Counted from the stretch's first letter, positions 1 through 13,609 are shown. The stretch: 64,000 nt of DNA from Escherichia coli (GCF_041248615.1 NZ_CP158426.1), one strand, 5' to 3'. Numbers and translations are program-made. Notes: generated by a model not told the origin, from the sequence alone.

Positions 1-111
1 TGAATATCGAATATGGGTGTGTACATAAAGCAATGTACATGAAAGTCATTATGTACACCTCTATGTACACGCATATTGTGCGCTTTGTTGCGTCGTTATG
101 ATAGCTCATGA

Positions 112-152
112 TAACAAAAAAGCCCGACATTTCGCGGGCTTTGTGGTTTTTT
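112..152. terminator. Bidirectional hairpin (gcccgacatttcgcgggc) flanked by A-run and T-run, just downstream of yicC
   Basis: Inverted repeat with T-tracts on both strands directly after the yicC stop at 179. Confidence 0.5.
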
Positions 153-178
153 GCTGCTTGGTGATTTTTATTGATAGC

Positions 179-1042
179 TTATTCGATATTCTGGATCTGC
201 TCGCGCATCTGCTCAATCAACACTTTCAGCTCGATGGCAGAATTCGTCACTTCGGCATTGATAGATTTCGACGCAAGAGTGTTCGACTCGCGGTTGAACT
301 CCTGCATCATAAAGTCCAGACGACGACCAACCGCTTCTTTTTTCTTCAGAATGTTGTAGGTCTCTTTGACATGCGCTTCGAGGCGGTCCAGTTCTTCGGC
401 AACGTCAATTCGTTGTGCCAGCAGAACCAACTCCTGCTCCAGACGGTTGTTTTCCAGTTGCACCTGAGCATCTTCCAGCTTCGCGACCAGACGCTCACGC
501 TGCCATTGCAGGATTTCCGGCATATGGGCGCGGACTTTGACCACTTCGGCGGTGACGCCTTCCAGACGCTGCTCGATCAATGCTTTCAGCGCCTGACCTT
601 CGGTTTCGCGCGCGACGATAAAGTCGTCCAGCGTACCATCCAACGCCGCGAGAATTTCAGCGGCAATCGCGTCGAGATCCTGCTCCTGGGCTGCCATCAC
701 GCCCGGCCAGCGTAGAATATCAACCGGGTTGATTTCCCCTTCGTCACTCTGCATTTTTACCCAGTTCGCGGCAGTTACCAGCTGTTTAGCCAGTTTTTCG
801 TTGAGGATCAGCTCACCTTGTGCGCTAACATCTGGTTCATAGCGCAGGGTACATTCCACTTTACCGCGCGTCAGGCGAGAACGAATACGCTCGCGAACGA
901 CAGGTTCAAGGCTACGGAACTGCTCCGGCAGACGAAAGTAAGTTTCCAGATAACGCTGGTTTACCGAGCGCATTTCCCAGGTTGCGCTCCCCCATTCACC
1001 CTTGATTTCACGCCGGGCGTAGGCGGTCATACTGCGGATCAT
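179..1042 (-). CDS. yicC: YicC-family stress-induced protein (UPF0701)
   Basis: 287-aa ORF; sequence and position divergent from rph match E. coli YicC. Confidence 0.9.
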   Translation of the reverse strand: MIRSMTAYARREIKGEWGSATWEMRSVNQRYLETYFRLPEQFRSLEPVVRERIRSRLTRGKVECTLRYEPDVSAQGELILNEKLAKQLVTAANWVKMQSDEGEINPVDILRWPGVMAAQEQDLDAIAAEILAALDGTLDDFIVARETEGQALKALIEQRLEGVTAEVVKVRAHMPEILQWQRERLVAKLEDAQVQLENNRLEQELVLLAQRIDVAEELDRLEAHVKETYNILKKKEAVGRRLDFMMQEFNRESNTLASKSINAEVTNSAIELKVLIEQMREQIQNIE

Positions 1043-1126
1043 AGACGTTCCTGTTTATAAAAGGAGAGGTGGAAGGATTATAGCCATCGATGCCTTGTCA
1101 GGATAGGAATAACCGCCGGAAGTCCG

Positions 1127-1132
1127 TATAAT
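1127..1132 (+). promoter_or_regulatory. Candidate -10 hexamer TATAAT for the rph-pyrE promoter
   Basis: TATAAT ~37 nt upstream of rph ATG; no good -35 seen. Confidence 0.35.
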
Positions 1133-1168
1133 GCGCAGCCACATTTGTTTCAAGCCGGAGATTTCAAT

Positions 1169-1885
1169 ATGCGTCCAGCAGGCCGTAGCAATAATCAGGT
1201 GCGTCCCGTTACCCTGACTCGTAACTATACAAAACATGCAGAAGGCTCGGTGCTGGTCGAATTTGGCGATACCAAAGTATTGTGTACCGCCTCTATTGAA
1301 GAAGGCGTGCCGCGCTTCCTGAAAGGTCAGGGCCAGGGCTGGATCACCGCAGAGTACGGCATGCTGCCACGTTCTACCCACACCCGTAACGCGCGTGAAG
1401 CGGCGAAAGGTAAGCAGGGTGGACGCACCATGGAAATCCAGCGTCTGATCGCCCGTGCTCTTCGTGCGGCAGTAGATTTGAAAGCGCTGGGTGAGTTCAC
1501 TATTACGCTGGACTGCGACGTGCTTCAGGCTGATGGTGGCACGCGTACCGCTTCGATTACGGGTGCCTGCGTGGCGCTGGCAGATGCGCTACAGAAGCTG
1601 GTGGAAAACGGCAAGCTGAAAACCAACCCGATGAAAGGGATGGTAGCCGCAGTTTCTGTCGGGATTGTGAACGGCGAAGCGGTTTGCGATCTGGAATACG
1701 TTGAAGACTCTGCCGCTGAAACGGACATGAACGTGGTGATGACTGAAGACGGGCGCATCATTGAAGTGCAGGGGACGGCAGAAGGCGAGCCGTTCACCCA
1801 TGAAGAGCTTCTCACCTTGTTGGCGCTGGCCCGAGGGGGAATCGAATCCATTGTAGCGACGCAGAAGGCGGCGCTGGCAAACTGA
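1169..1885 (+). CDS. rph: Ribonuclease PH, full length (238 codons)
   Basis: ORF-track protein from internal Met [10 protein letters not shown]...ATQKAALAN; start trimmed from 1145 to ATG at 1169. Confidence 0.95.
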   Translation: MRPAGRSNNQVRPVTLTRNYTKHAEGSVLVEFGDTKVLCTASIEEGVPRFLKGQGQGWITAEYGMLPRSTHTRNAREAAKGKQGGRTMEIQRLIARALRAAVDLKALGEFTITLDCDVLQADGGTRTASITGACVALADALQKLVENGKLKTNPMKGMVAAVSVGIVNGEAVCDLEYVEDSAAETDMNVVMTEDGRIIEVQGTAEGEPFTHEELLTLLALARGGIESIVATQKAALAN

Positions 1886-1890
1886 TTTTT

Positions 1891-1918
1891 AAGGCGACTG
1901 ATGAGTCGCCTTTTTTTT
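1891..1918 (+). terminator. pyrE attenuator hairpin plus T8 tract
   Basis: aaggcgactgatgagtcgcc followed by tttttttt, 6 nt after rph stop and upstream of pyrE; matches the classical UTP-sensitive pyrE attenuator arrangement. Confidence 0.8.
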
Positions 1919-1950
1919 GTCTGTAGAAAAGTAAGATGAGGAGCGAAGGC

Positions 1951-2592
1951 ATGAAACCATATCAGCGCCAGTTTATTGAATTTGCGCTTAGCAAGCAGGT
2001 GTTAAAGTTTGGCGAGTTTACGCTGAAATCCGGGCGCAAAAGCCCCTATTTCTTCAACGCCGGGCTGTTTAATACCGGGCGCGATCTGGCACTGTTAGGC
2101 CGTTTTTACGCTGAAGCATTGGTGGATTCCGGCATTGAGTTCGATCTGCTGTTTGGCCCTGCTTACAAAGGGATCCCGATTGCCACCACAACTGCCGTGG
2201 CGCTGGCGGAGCATCATGACCTGGACCTGCCGTACTGCTTTAACCGCAAAGAAGCAAAAGACCACGGTGAAGGCGGCAATCTGGTCGGTAGCGCGTTACA
2301 AGGACGCGTAATGCTGGTGGATGATGTGATCACCGCCGGAACGGCGATCCGCGAGTCGATGGAAATTATTCAGGCCAATGGCGCGACGCTTGCTGGCGTA
2401 TTGATTTCGCTCGATCGTCAGGAACGGGGGCGCGGCGAGATTTCGGCAATTCAGGAAGTTGAGCGTGATTACAACTGCAAAGTGATCTCTATCATCACCC
2501 TGAAAGACCTGATTGCTTACCTGGAAGAGAAGCCGGAAATGGCGGAACATCTGGCGGCGGTTAAGGCCTATCGCGAAGAGTTCGGCGTTTAA
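1951..2592 (+). CDS. pyrE: Orotate phosphoribosyltransferase
   Basis: 213-aa protein [11 protein letters not shown]...; PRPP-binding motif [13 protein letters not shown]; start trimmed to ATG at 1951. Confidence 0.95.
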
Positions 2593-2600
2593 AGAAACTC

Positions 2601-2622
2601 GCCGGATGAAAAGTCATCCGGC
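2601..2622. terminator. REP-like hairpin gccggatga...tcatccggc between convergent pyrE and slmA
   Basis: Perfect 9-bp inverted repeat between two convergent stops. Confidence 0.5.
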
Positions 2623-2628
2623 GTCATA

Positions 2629-3225
2629 TTACTGCAACTGTGCGGCAATTAGCGGCCAGCGGGCGTCAAAATCATCCGTCGGGCGGTATTTAAACTCGCT
2701 GCGGACAAAGCGTGACAGCATACCTTCACAGAAGGCCAGGATCTGGCTTGCCAGCAGGGTTTCATCGGTGGTGTAACCTTCACCCTCACGCATTCTCTTT
2801 TCGCGCAATACCTGACGCAACTGCGCTTCAATACGCTCGAACAGCTGGTTGATGCGCCCTTGCAGGCGATCCTGTTCAAACATTAGTGCATGACCAGTGA
2901 GGATGCGGGTCAGGCCAGGATTACGCTCACCAAAACCGAGAAGCAGCAACACAATCAGACGCAGGCGCGCTGTGGTGTCCTTCTCATCTTTCAGAATCAG
3001 ATTGATGCGAGTAATCAGGCTATCTTCGATAAACTCAATCAGGCTATCGAACATGCGGGTCTTACTGGGGAAGTGGCGATACAGTGCCGCTTCGGAAACG
3101 CCGACAGAGGCGGCCAGTTTTGCCGTCGTGATACGTTGGCTTCCATCGCTGGATTCCAGCATCAGCGCCAGAGACTGAAGTATTTCCTCGCGACGGTTCC
3201 TTTTCGCAGTTTGTTTTTCTGCCAT
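2629..3225 (-). CDS. slmA: Nucleoid occlusion factor SlmA (TetR family)
   Basis: 198-aa protein from [17 protein letters not shown]...; start trimmed to ATG (cat at 3223-3225). Confidence 0.9.
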
Positions 3226-3331
3226 GTTACAAAATACCCCTGAAAATAAGCACTTGCCAGGCGGCACCCACGCTATGACCGCAAACGAAATGTTTGCGGC
3301 TATGTTATGACGTTATTCGGATGCGTATGTG

Positions 3332-3790
3332 TTACTGACGACCAGAGTGACCAAAGCCGCCTTCACCGCGGTCGGTGGCGTCGAAATCTTCCACCAGATT
3401 AAATTCAGCCTGTACTACCGGAACAAAAATCATCTGGGCGATGCGTTCGCCAGGTTGAATGGTGAAGCTGTCCTGACCACGGTTCCACACGGAAATCATC
3501 AACTGGCCCTGATAGTCAGAATCGATCAATCCTACCAGGTTACCAAGCACGATACCGTGCTTATGTCCCAATCCGGAGCGCGGCAGCATCATTGCCGCCA
3601 GTGAAGGATCGGCAATATGAATCGCCAGCCCGGTCGGAACCAGCGTAGTGTCACCCGGAGCCAGTTCTACGGCGTCGTCGAGACAGGCACGCAGGTCAAG
3701 TCCGGCAGAGCCAGAGGTGGCATAAGTCGGGAGCGGAAATTCCTTCCCAACGCGCGGGTCCAGAATCTTAACGTCGATTTTTTTCATCAT
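3332..3790 (-). CDS. dut: dUTP diphosphatase
   Basis: 152-aa [18 protein letters not shown]...; trimeric dUTPase motifs. Confidence 0.95.
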
Positions 3791-4988
3791 AACGGGTCAC
3801 GATCTCGTCGAGTAATAATTGGCCAAGGAGCTCTTTGCGCTCAAGCGGTAAGACTTTATCTCCGTCCTGCCAGAAAAGGTGTAATGCGTTGTTGTCGCTG
3901 TTAAATCCTTGAGTTGGCTGGGAAACATCGTTCGCGCAGATCAGATCAAGGTTTTTACGGATACGTTTTTGCCGGGCGTATTCTTCCACATTATTTGTTT
4001 CGGCGGCAAATCCAACGACGTAGGGTCGATGGTCTTTTAGTGCGGCAACGCCTGCGACGATATCGGGGTTTTTAACCATTTTTATTGTTAATTCATCACC
4101 CTGCGTGGCCTGCTTTTTGATTTTCTCTGGGGCCACGGTAGCTGCGCGATAATCCGCCACGGCGGCGCAACCGATAAAAATATTTTGCTGCTGTACAGAA
4201 GCATTCACGGCCGCTTCCATTTCCAGCGCAGTCATCACATCAACACGTTTAACAAACGGTGGCGTCGGTAGTGAAACCGGACCTGATACCAGCGTGACGT
4301 TCGCGCCACGACGGGCAGCGGCGGCGGCGATAGCAAAACCCATCTTGCCGGAGCTGTGATTAGAGATATAACGCACGGGATCGAGCGGTTCACGCGTCGG
4401 GCCGGCGGTAATCATAATGTTCAGATGTTTCAGGTCGTTGACGGGCGAAAAATGCGCCACCGCCATATCCACAATGGTTAACGGATCGAGCATTCGCCCA
4501 GGACCGATATCACCACAAGCCTGACTGCCACTGTCTGGCCCCCAGATGAGCAAACCACGGGAAGCAAGCACCTCTAAATTATGCTGCGTGGCAGCGGCAC
4601 GGTACATCTGCTGGTTCATGGCGGGGAGCACGGCTACAGGCGCAGGTGTAGCCAGACAAATCGTCGATACCAGGTCATTCGCCATTCCGGCAGCAACACG
4701 GGCAATCAAATCTGCCGTGGCAGGGGCGAGAATCACTAAATCAGCCCATTTACCCAGCTCAATATGGCCCATAGCGGCTTCGGCTGCCGGGTCCAGCAGA
4801 CTGTCGGAAACGGGATAACCAGAAACCGCCTGCAAGCTAAGTGGGGTGATAAAGGCTTTTGCCGCTTCGGTCATGGCTACGCGGACGTCGGCCCCGCGAT
4901 CGCGCAAACGACGCACCAGTTCAGGGGTTTTATAGGCAGCAATACCGCCGCTGACGCCGAGAACGATTTTTTTACCGGCCAGGCTCAT
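3768..4988 (-). CDS. coaBC: Bifunctional phosphopantothenoylcysteine decarboxylase/synthetase
   Basis: 406-aa protein from [20 protein letters not shown]; flavoprotein N-domain and CoaB C-domain; 3' end overlaps dut start. Confidence 0.95.
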
Positions 4989-5159
4989 GATGATTTTTCC
5001 TGTTGGGTGACACCAGAAGTTGGCGATTTTATCACAATACTTTTGTTGTCGTGCCTTCACCTGAGAATCACTTTGCGAGGCGCTTTCCAGGATTGAAAAC
5101 TGGCCGTCGATTTAACGGAACGGCTATGACAGGATGCGAGCACCACAAAGGAGGTGAAG

Positions 5160-5828
5160 GTGAAAAACAATGCACAGCTGTTGATGCCGCGCGAAAAAAT
5201 GCTGAAGTTTGGTATTAGCGCCTTAACGGATGTCGAGCTGCTGGCGCTATTTCTGCGTACCGGAACGCGCGGTAAAGATGTATTAACCCTGGCAAAAGAG
5301 ATGCTGGAGAATTTCGGCTCTCTTTATGGCTTGTTAACCTCTGAATATGAACAATTTAGTGGTGTTCATGGAATTGGCGTGGCGAAATTTGCCCAGTTAA
5401 AGGGGATTGCTGAACTAGCGCGGCGTTACTACAACGTGCGGATGCGTGAAGAAAGCCCTTTACTCAGCCCGGAGATGACGCGGGAATTTTTACAAAGCCA
5501 GCTCACGGGTGAGGAGCGGGAGATCTTTATGGTGATCTTTCTCGACTCACAACACCGGGTTATAACGCATAGCCGTCTTTTTTCCGGCACGCTAAACCAT
5601 GTTGAAGTCCATCCTCGGGAAATTATCCGCGAAGCGATAAAAATAAATGCCTCGGCGCTGATCCTTGCACATAATCACCCTTCGGGTTGTGCTGAACCCA
5701 GTAAAGCGGATAAACTCATTACTGAACGGATAATAAAGAGTTGTCAGTTCATGGATTTACGCGTGCTCGACCATATCGTGATTGGGCGTGGAGAGTATGT
5801 TTCTTTTGCCGAACGCGGCTGGATTTAA
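5160..5828 (+). CDS. radC: RadC/YicR-family JAB-domain protein
   Basis: HNHPSG JAMM-like motif; GTG at 5160 has aaggagg SD 5 nt upstream (ORF track begins at GTG 5154). Confidence 0.85.
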
Positions 5829-6023
5829 CCCGCTATGCGCGATCCTTCGGGATCTTTGTCTGTTCGGGACTTGAGCACATCGCTGAGTCAGCGTATACTA
5901 CGCCACCTTTGAGAATCTCGGGTTTGGCATTTGGGCCTGGCAATCGAGAGTTCACATAGAACTGCGATGACCGGGCTGTAAAGCCTGACGAGGCGCCAAT
6001 ACCCCATACGAAGCTCGAGCTAA

Positions 6024-6281
<258 letters not shown>

Positions 6282-6298
6282 GTACTTAGAGGAAATAA

Positions 6299-6469
<171 letters not shown>

Positions 6470-6494
6470 TTTTTGCTTTGATGTAACGAAAAAC

Positions 6495-6518
6495 CTCGCC
6501 CCGGCGGGGTTTTTTGTT
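6495..6518 (+). terminator. Rho-independent terminator of rpmBG
   Basis: ccccggcgggg hairpin followed by ttttttgtt. Confidence 0.8.
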
Positions 6519-6566
6519 ATCTGCCTGCCCCCATATTGACTGCATCTGTTCATTCCTGGAGATGCT

Positions 6567-7376
6567 ATGCCTGAATTACCCGAAGTTGAAACCAGCCGTC
6601 GCGGCATAGAACCGCATCTCGTTGGTGCAACCATTCTTCATGCGGTGGTGCGCAACGGACGCTTGCGCTGGCCGGTTTCAGAAGAGATCTACCGTTTAAG
6701 CGACCAACCAGTGCTTAGCGTGCAGCGGCGGGCTAAATATCTGCTGCTGGAGCTGCCTGAGGGCTGGATTATCATTCATTTGGGGATGTCTGGCAGTCTG
6801 CGCATCCTTCCAGAAGAACTTCCCCCTGAAAAGCATGACCATGTGGATTTGGTGATGAGCAACGGTAAAGTGCTGCGCTACACCGATCCGCGCCGCTTTG
6901 GTGCCTGGCTATGGACCAAAGAGCTGGAAGGGCACAACGTTCTGGCCCATCTTGGACCGGAGCCGCTTAGCGACGATTTCAACGGTGAGTACCTGCATCA
7001 GAAGTGCGAGAAGAAAAAAACGGCGATTAAACCGTGGCTGATGGATAACAAGCTGGTGGTAGGGGTAGGGAATATCTATGCCAGCGAATCACTGTTTGCG
7101 GCGGGGATCCATCCGGATCGGCTGGCGTCATCACTGTCGCTGGCAGAGTGTGAATTGTTAGCTCGGGTGATTAAAGCGGTGTTGCTGCGTTCGATTGAGC
7201 AGGGCGGTACAACGCTGAAAGATTTTCTGCAAAGTGATGGTAAACCGGGCTATTTCGCGCAGGAATTGCAGGTTTACGGGCGAAAAGGCGAGCCGTGTCG
7301 GGTGTGCGGTACGCCGATTGTGGCGACTAAACATGCGCAGCGGGCAACGTTTTATTGTCGGCAGTGCCAGAAGTAA
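6567..7376 (+). CDS. mutM: Formamidopyrimidine-DNA glycosylase
   Basis: 269-aa protein starting MPELPEVE; C-terminal zinc finger CRVCGTPI...YCRQCQ. Confidence 0.95.
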   Translation: MPELPEVETSRRGIEPHLVGATILHAVVRNGRLRWPVSEEIYRLSDQPVLSVQRRAKYLLLELPEGWIIIHLGMSGSLRILPEELPPEKHDHVDLVMSNGKVLRYTDPRRFGAWLWTKELEGHNVLAHLGPEPLSDDFNGEYLHQKCEKKKTAIKPWLMDNKLVVGVGNIYASESLFAAGIHPDRLASSLSLAECELLARVIKAVLLRSIEQGGTTLKDFLQSDGKPGYFAQELQVYGRKGEPCRVCGTPIVATKHAQRATFYCRQCQK

Positions 7377-7385
7377 TTCATGCGC

Positions 7386-7407
7386 GCCGGATGGCATACC
7401 ATCCGGC
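7386..7407. terminator. REP-like hairpin gccggatgg...ccatccggc between convergent mutM and coaD
   Basis: Perfect inverted repeat in the 38-bp convergent intergenic gap. Confidence 0.5.
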
Positions 7408-7414
7408 ATAAACG

Positions 7415-9179
<1,765 letters not shown>

Positions 9180-9530
9180 AGTAAATAGCTGACTTATGGA
9201 TGTGCTGGGGATTCTATGTATTTAGCTGTGGCTTTACCATTACTTTTCCCGTTTTTGACTTAAATAGCAATTTACCCGCCAATTCTTGCTGAACATCTAT
9301 ACTTTTTTTGTATTTTTATGCGATTCATTGATTTCTGCAGTACGTGCAGGAAGGAATCGCAGAGCAACAGTAAAAGAATATAGTTGCTAATGATTTTATT
9401 TGATTGATTTCTTTATTGAAAATCAACAATGTGCTTAAAAATCATTCGGGTCGGATTGCCGCGAAAGAAGTGATACACTAGCGCGTCAATATCAGTGCGG
9501 TATCAGTATTCAGGTAGCTGTTGAGCCTGG

Positions 9531-9542
9531 GGCGGTAGCGTG
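9531..9542 (+). promoter_or_regulatory. ops element GGCGGTAGCGTG (RfaH recruitment site, part of JUMPstart) in the waaQ leader
   Basis: Exact 12-nt ops motif ~50 nt upstream of waaQ start. Confidence 0.8.
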
Positions 9543-9591
9543 CTTTTTCTGCTTCACCTTAATCGGATAATCTCAACAAAAAGAGTTACTT

Positions 9592-10650
9592 GTGGATAAG
9601 CCATTTCGAAGAATTTTGCTCATTAAGATGCGTTTTCATGGGGATATGTTATTAACTACTCCCGTCATTAGTTCGCTGAAAAAAAATTACCCTGACGCAA
9701 AAATCGATGTGCTGCTTTATCAGGACACCATCCCGATCCTGTCTGAAAATCCAGAGATTAACGCGCTCTACGGCATAAAAAATAAAAAAGCAAAAGCCTC
9801 AGAAAAAATTGCCAACTTTTTTCATCTCATCAAGGTATTACGTGCCAATAAGTATGACCTTATCGTCAATCTTACCGATCAATGGATGGTTGCTATACTG
9901 GTTCGCTTATTAAATGCCCGTGTGAAAATTTCCCAGGATTATCATCATCGGCAGTCTGCTTTTTGGCGTAATAGTTTCACTCATTTGGTGCCGTTGCAGG
10001 GTGGAAATGTGGTGGAAAGTAACTTATCCGTGCTGTCGCCATTGGGACTTGAATCGTTGGTGAAGCAGACAACCATGAGTTACCCGCCTGCAAGCTGGAA
10101 ACGTATGCGTCGCGAACTTGATCACGCTGGTGTTGGACAAAATTATGTGGTTATCCAACCTACGGCGCGGCAAATCTTCAAATGTTGGGACAACGCCAAG
10201 TTTTCCGCTGTGATTGATGCCTTACATGCTCGTGGTTATGAAGTCGTTCTGACGTCCGGCCCAGATAAAGACGATCTGGTCTGCGTCAATGAAATTGCGC
10301 AGGGATGCCAGACACCACCAGTAACGGCGCTGGCCGGAAAGGTGACCTTCCCGGAACTTGGTGCGTTAATCGATCATGCGCAGCTGTTTATTGGCGTTGA
10401 CTCCGCACCGGCGCATATTGCCGCAGCAGTTAATACGCCGCTGATATCGCTGTTTGGTGCGACAGACCATATTTTCTGGCGTCCTTGGTCAAATAACATG
10501 ATTCAATTCTGGGCGGGAGATTACCGGGAAATGCCAACGCGCGATCAGCGTGACCGAAATGAGATGTATCTTTCGGTTATTCCGGCGGCAGATGTCATTG
10601 CTGCTGTCGATAAATTACTGCCCTCCTCCACGACAGGTACGTCGTTATGA
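9592..10650 (+). CDS. waaQ: LPS heptosyltransferase III (GT9)
   Basis: Heptosyltransferase N-terminus RRILLIKMRFHGDMLLTTP; GTG at 9592 has aagag SD upstream; alternative TTG start at 9616 would give 344 aa. Confidence 0.85.
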   Translation: MDKPFRRILLIKMRFHGDMLLTTPVISSLKKNYPDAKIDVLLYQDTIPILSENPEINALYGIKNKKAKASEKIANFFHLIKVLRANKYDLIVNLTDQWMVAILVRLLNARVKISQDYHHRQSAFWRNSFTHLVPLQGGNVVESNLSVLSPLGLESLVKQTTMSYPPASWKRMRRELDHAGVGQNYVVIQPTARQIFKCWDNAKFSAVIDALHARGYEVVLTSGPDKDDLVCVNEIAQGCQTPPVTALAGKVTFPELGALIDHAQLFIGVDSAPAHIAAAVNTPLISLFGATDHIFWRPWSNNMIQFWAGDYREMPTRDQRDRNEMYLSVIPAADVIAAVDKLLPSSTTGTSL

Positions 10651-11771
10651 TCGTTGCTTTTTGTTTATATAAATATTTTCCCTTTGGCGGTTTGCAGCGC
10701 GATTTTATGCGTATTGCTCAGACAGTCGCCGCCCGAGGTCATCATGTTCGGGTTTATGCCCAGTCGTGGGAAGGCGAATGCCCTGATGTATTTGAACTGA
10801 TCAAAGTGCCGGTTAAATCGCATACCAATCACGGGCGCAATGCGGAGTATTTTGCTTGGGTGCAAAAACATTTACGTGAACATCCCGTCGATAGAGTTGT
10901 TGGATTCAACAAAATGCCGGGGCTGGACGTTTATTATGCCGCTGATGTTTGTTATGCCGAGAAAGTAGCGCAGGAGAAAGGCTTTTTCTATCGCCTTACG
11001 TCACGTTATCGCCATTATGCCGCCTTTGAGCGGGCAACCTTCGAACAGGGCAAGCCGACACAGCTGCTGATGCTGACAGATAAGCAAATCGCCGATTTCC
11101 AGAAACATTATCAGACTGAAGCGGAGCGTTTTCATATTCTACCACCGGGGATTTATCCTGATCGTAAATATAGCCAGCAGCCAGCCAATAGCCGTGAAAT
11201 CTTCCGTAAGAAGAATGGAATAACCGAACAACAATATTTATTGTTGCAGGTTGGTTCAGACTTCACGCGTAAAGGTGTCGATCGTTCCATTGAAGCACTT
11301 GCTTCGTTACCGGATTCGCTGCGCCACAACACATTGCTATATGTTGTTGGGCAGGATAAACCGCGAAAATTTGAGGCGCTGGCAGAAAAACGCGGCGTGC
11401 GCAGTAATGTTCACTTCTTCTCGGGGCGCAACGATGTCTCGGAATTAATGGCGGCGGCGGATTTATTACTGCATCCTGCCTACCAGGAAGCCGCGGGAAT
11501 TGTACTGCTGGAAGCGATAACTGCAGGATTACCGGTACTAACAACAGCCGTTTGTGGCTATGCGCATTATATTGTCGACGCCAATTGCGGCGAGGCTATT
11601 GCTGAGCCATTCCGCCAGGAAACATTGAATGAGATTTTACGCAAAGCGTTAACGCAATCTTCATTGCGCCAGGCCTGGGCGGAAAATGCGCGACATTATG
11701 CTGATACACAAGATTTATACAGTCTGCCAGAGAAAGCGGCGGACATCATAACGGGTGGTCTGGATGGTTGA
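10647..11771 (+). CDS. waaG: LPS core glucosyltransferase I (GT4)
   Basis: 374-aa protein [20 protein letters not shown]...; ATGA overlap with waaQ. Confidence 0.95.
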   Translation: MIVAFCLYKYFPFGGLQRDFMRIAQTVAARGHHVRVYAQSWEGECPDVFELIKVPVKSHTNHGRNAEYFAWVQKHLREHPVDRVVGFNKMPGLDVYYAADVCYAEKVAQEKGFFYRLTSRYRHYAAFERATFEQGKPTQLLMLTDKQIADFQKHYQTEAERFHILPPGIYPDRKYSQQPANSREIFRKKNGITEQQYLLLQVGSDFTRKGVDRSIEALASLPDSLRHNTLLYVVGQDKPRKFEALAEKRGVRSNVHFFSGRNDVSELMAAADLLLHPAYQEAAGIVLLEAITAGLPVLTTAVCGYAHYIVDANCGEAIAEPFRQETLNEILRKALTQSSLRQAWAENARHYADTQDLYSLPEKAADIITGGLDG

Positions 11772-12561
11772 ACTTAAAGAGCCGTTTGCCACGTTATGGC
11801 GCGGTAAAGATCCTTTTGAGGAAGTTAAAACCTTGCAGGGTGAGGTATTTCGTGAACTGGAAACTCGCCGCACTCTGCGCTTTGAAATGGCGGGCAAAAG
11901 CTATTTTCTCAAATGGCATCGCGGCACGACCCTGAAAGAGATAATCAAAAATTTACTCTCATTGCGGATGCCAGTATTAGGCGCAGACCGCGAATGGAAT
12001 GCGATTCATCGACTGCGGGATGTCGGCGTTGATACTATGTATGGGGTGGCATTCGGCGAAAAAGGCATTAATCCGCTCACCAGAACCTCGTTTATTATAA
12101 CCGAAGATCTGACACCAACCATCAGTCTGGAAGATTACTGTGCTGACTGGGCGACTAACCCACCAGATGTTCGCGTAAAGCGTATGCTTATTAAGCGTGT
12201 CGCGACGATGGTGCGCGATATGCATGCTGCGGGCATTAACCACCGCGACTGTTATATCTGTCATTTCCTGCTACACTTGCCTTTTTCCGGTAAGGAAGAG
12301 GAGTTAAAAATTTCGGTAATTGACCTGCACCGGGCGCAGCTTCGCACGCGCGTTCCACGTCGTTGGCGCGATAAAGATCTTATTGGGCTTTATTTTTCTT
12401 CGATGAATATCGGCCTGACTCAGCGGGATATCTGGCGGTTTATGAAAGTGTATTTTGCCGCCCCGCTTAAAGACATTCTCAAGCAGGAACAAGGACTGCT
12501 GTCGCAAGCAGAAGAAAAAGCCACAAAAATCAGGGAAAGAACGATTCGAAAATCGTTGTAA
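11764..12561 (+). CDS. waaP: LPS core heptose(I) kinase
   Basis: 265-aa protein from [14 protein letters not shown]; kinase HRD motif ([11 protein letters not shown]); overlaps waaG by 8 nt. Confidence 0.9.
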   Translation: MVELKEPFATLWRGKDPFEEVKTLQGEVFRELETRRTLRFEMAGKSYFLKWHRGTTLKEIIKNLLSLRMPVLGADREWNAIHRLRDVGVDTMYGVAFGEKGINPLTRTSFIITEDLTPTISLEDYCADWATNPPDVRVKRMLIKRVATMVRDMHAAGINHRDCYICHFLLHLPFSGKEEELKISVIDLHRAQLRTRVPRRWRDKDLIGLYFSSMNIGLTQRDIWRFMKVYFAAPLKDILKQEQGLLSQAEEKATKIRERTIRKSL

Positions 12562-12576
12562 TTTCCGGAGATAAAT

Positions 12577-13593
12577 ATGAGTGCCCACTATTTTAATCCA
12601 CAAGAGATGATCAATAAGACAATCATCTTCGATGAAAGGCCAGCGGCGTCAGTGGCATCATCATTCCATGTTGCTTATGGCATTGATAAAAACTTTCTTT
12701 TTGGTTGTGGTGTTTCAATCACGTCAGTTTTGTTACATAACAGCGACGTGAGTTTTGTTTTCCACGTTTTTATTGATGATATCCCTGAAGCCGATATCCA
12801 GCGTTTAGCCCAATTGGCGAAAAGCTATCGTACCTGTATCCAGATCCATCTAGTAAATTGTGAACGGCTTAAGGCATTACCGACGACCAAAAATTGGTCT
12901 ATTGCCATGTATTTCCGTTTTGTAATTGCAGATTACTTTATTGATCAACAAGATAAGATCCTTTACCTGGATGCTGATATCGCCTGTCAGGGAAACTTAA
13001 AGCCGCTGATAACAATGGATCTTGCCAATAACGTTGCTGCTGTTGTTACTGAACGCGATGCTAACTGGTGGTCGTTACGGGGTCAAAGTCTGCAGTGTAA
13101 TGAACTTGAAAAGGGTTACTTTAATTCAGGTGTCCTGTTAATTAATACACTAGCGTGGGCGCAGGAGTCCGTTTCTGCTAAAGCGATGTCGATGCTTGCT
13201 GATAAAGCCATCGTTTCCCGTTTAACCTATATGGATCAAGATATCCTTAATCTTATCCTGTTAGGGAAAGTTAAATTCATTGATGCTAAATACAATACGC
13301 AATTTAGTTTAAATTATGAATTAAAAAAATCATTTGTTTGTCCAATTAATGATGAAACCGTATTAATTCATTATGTCGGCCCGACAAAACCCTGGCATTA
13401 CTGGGCCGGTTATCCAAGTGCGCAACCTTTTATCAAAGCCAAAGAAGCATCGCCCTGGAAAAATGAACCGTTAATGCGGCCAGTTAACTCAAACTATGCT
13501 CGTTATTGCGCTAAGCATAATTTTAAACAAAATAAACCAATTAACGGGATAATGAATTATATTTATTATTTTTATTTAAAGATAATAAAATGA
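12577..13593 (+). CDS. waaO: GT8-family LPS core alpha-hexosyltransferase (WaaO/WaaI-like, outer-core HexII)
   Basis: 338 aa; GT8 signatures (YLDADI DxD motif, HYVGPTKPWHYWAGYP); first gene after waaP as in R1/R4 core types. Confidence 0.7.
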   Translation: MSAHYFNPQEMINKTIIFDERPAASVASSFHVAYGIDKNFLFGCGVSITSVLLHNSDVSFVFHVFIDDIPEADIQRLAQLAKSYRTCIQIHLVNCERLKALPTTKNWSIAMYFRFVIADYFIDQQDKILYLDADIACQGNLKPLITMDLANNVAAVVTERDANWWSLRGQSLQCNELEKGYFNSGVLLINTLAWAQESVSAKAMSMLADKAIVSRLTYMDQDILNLILLGKVKFIDAKYNTQFSLNYELKKSFVCPINDETVLIHYVGPTKPWHYWAGYPSAQPFIKAKEASPWKNEPLMRPVNSNYARYCAKHNFKQNKPINGIMNYIYYFYLKIIK

Positions 13594-13609
13594 AATTGAG
13601 AAAAGTTAA

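Noticed and set aside
98-715. 205-aa plus-strand ORF
   Set aside because: Lies entirely antisense to yicC, whose product is recognisable; no homology signal
1145-1168. N-terminal extension of rph (MFQAGDFN)
   Set aside because: RNase PH begins at [13 protein letters not shown] at 1169 follows the promoter
4989-5060. N-terminal extension of coaBC
   Set aside because: CoaBC begins at [15 protein letters not shown] (flavoprotein fold start)
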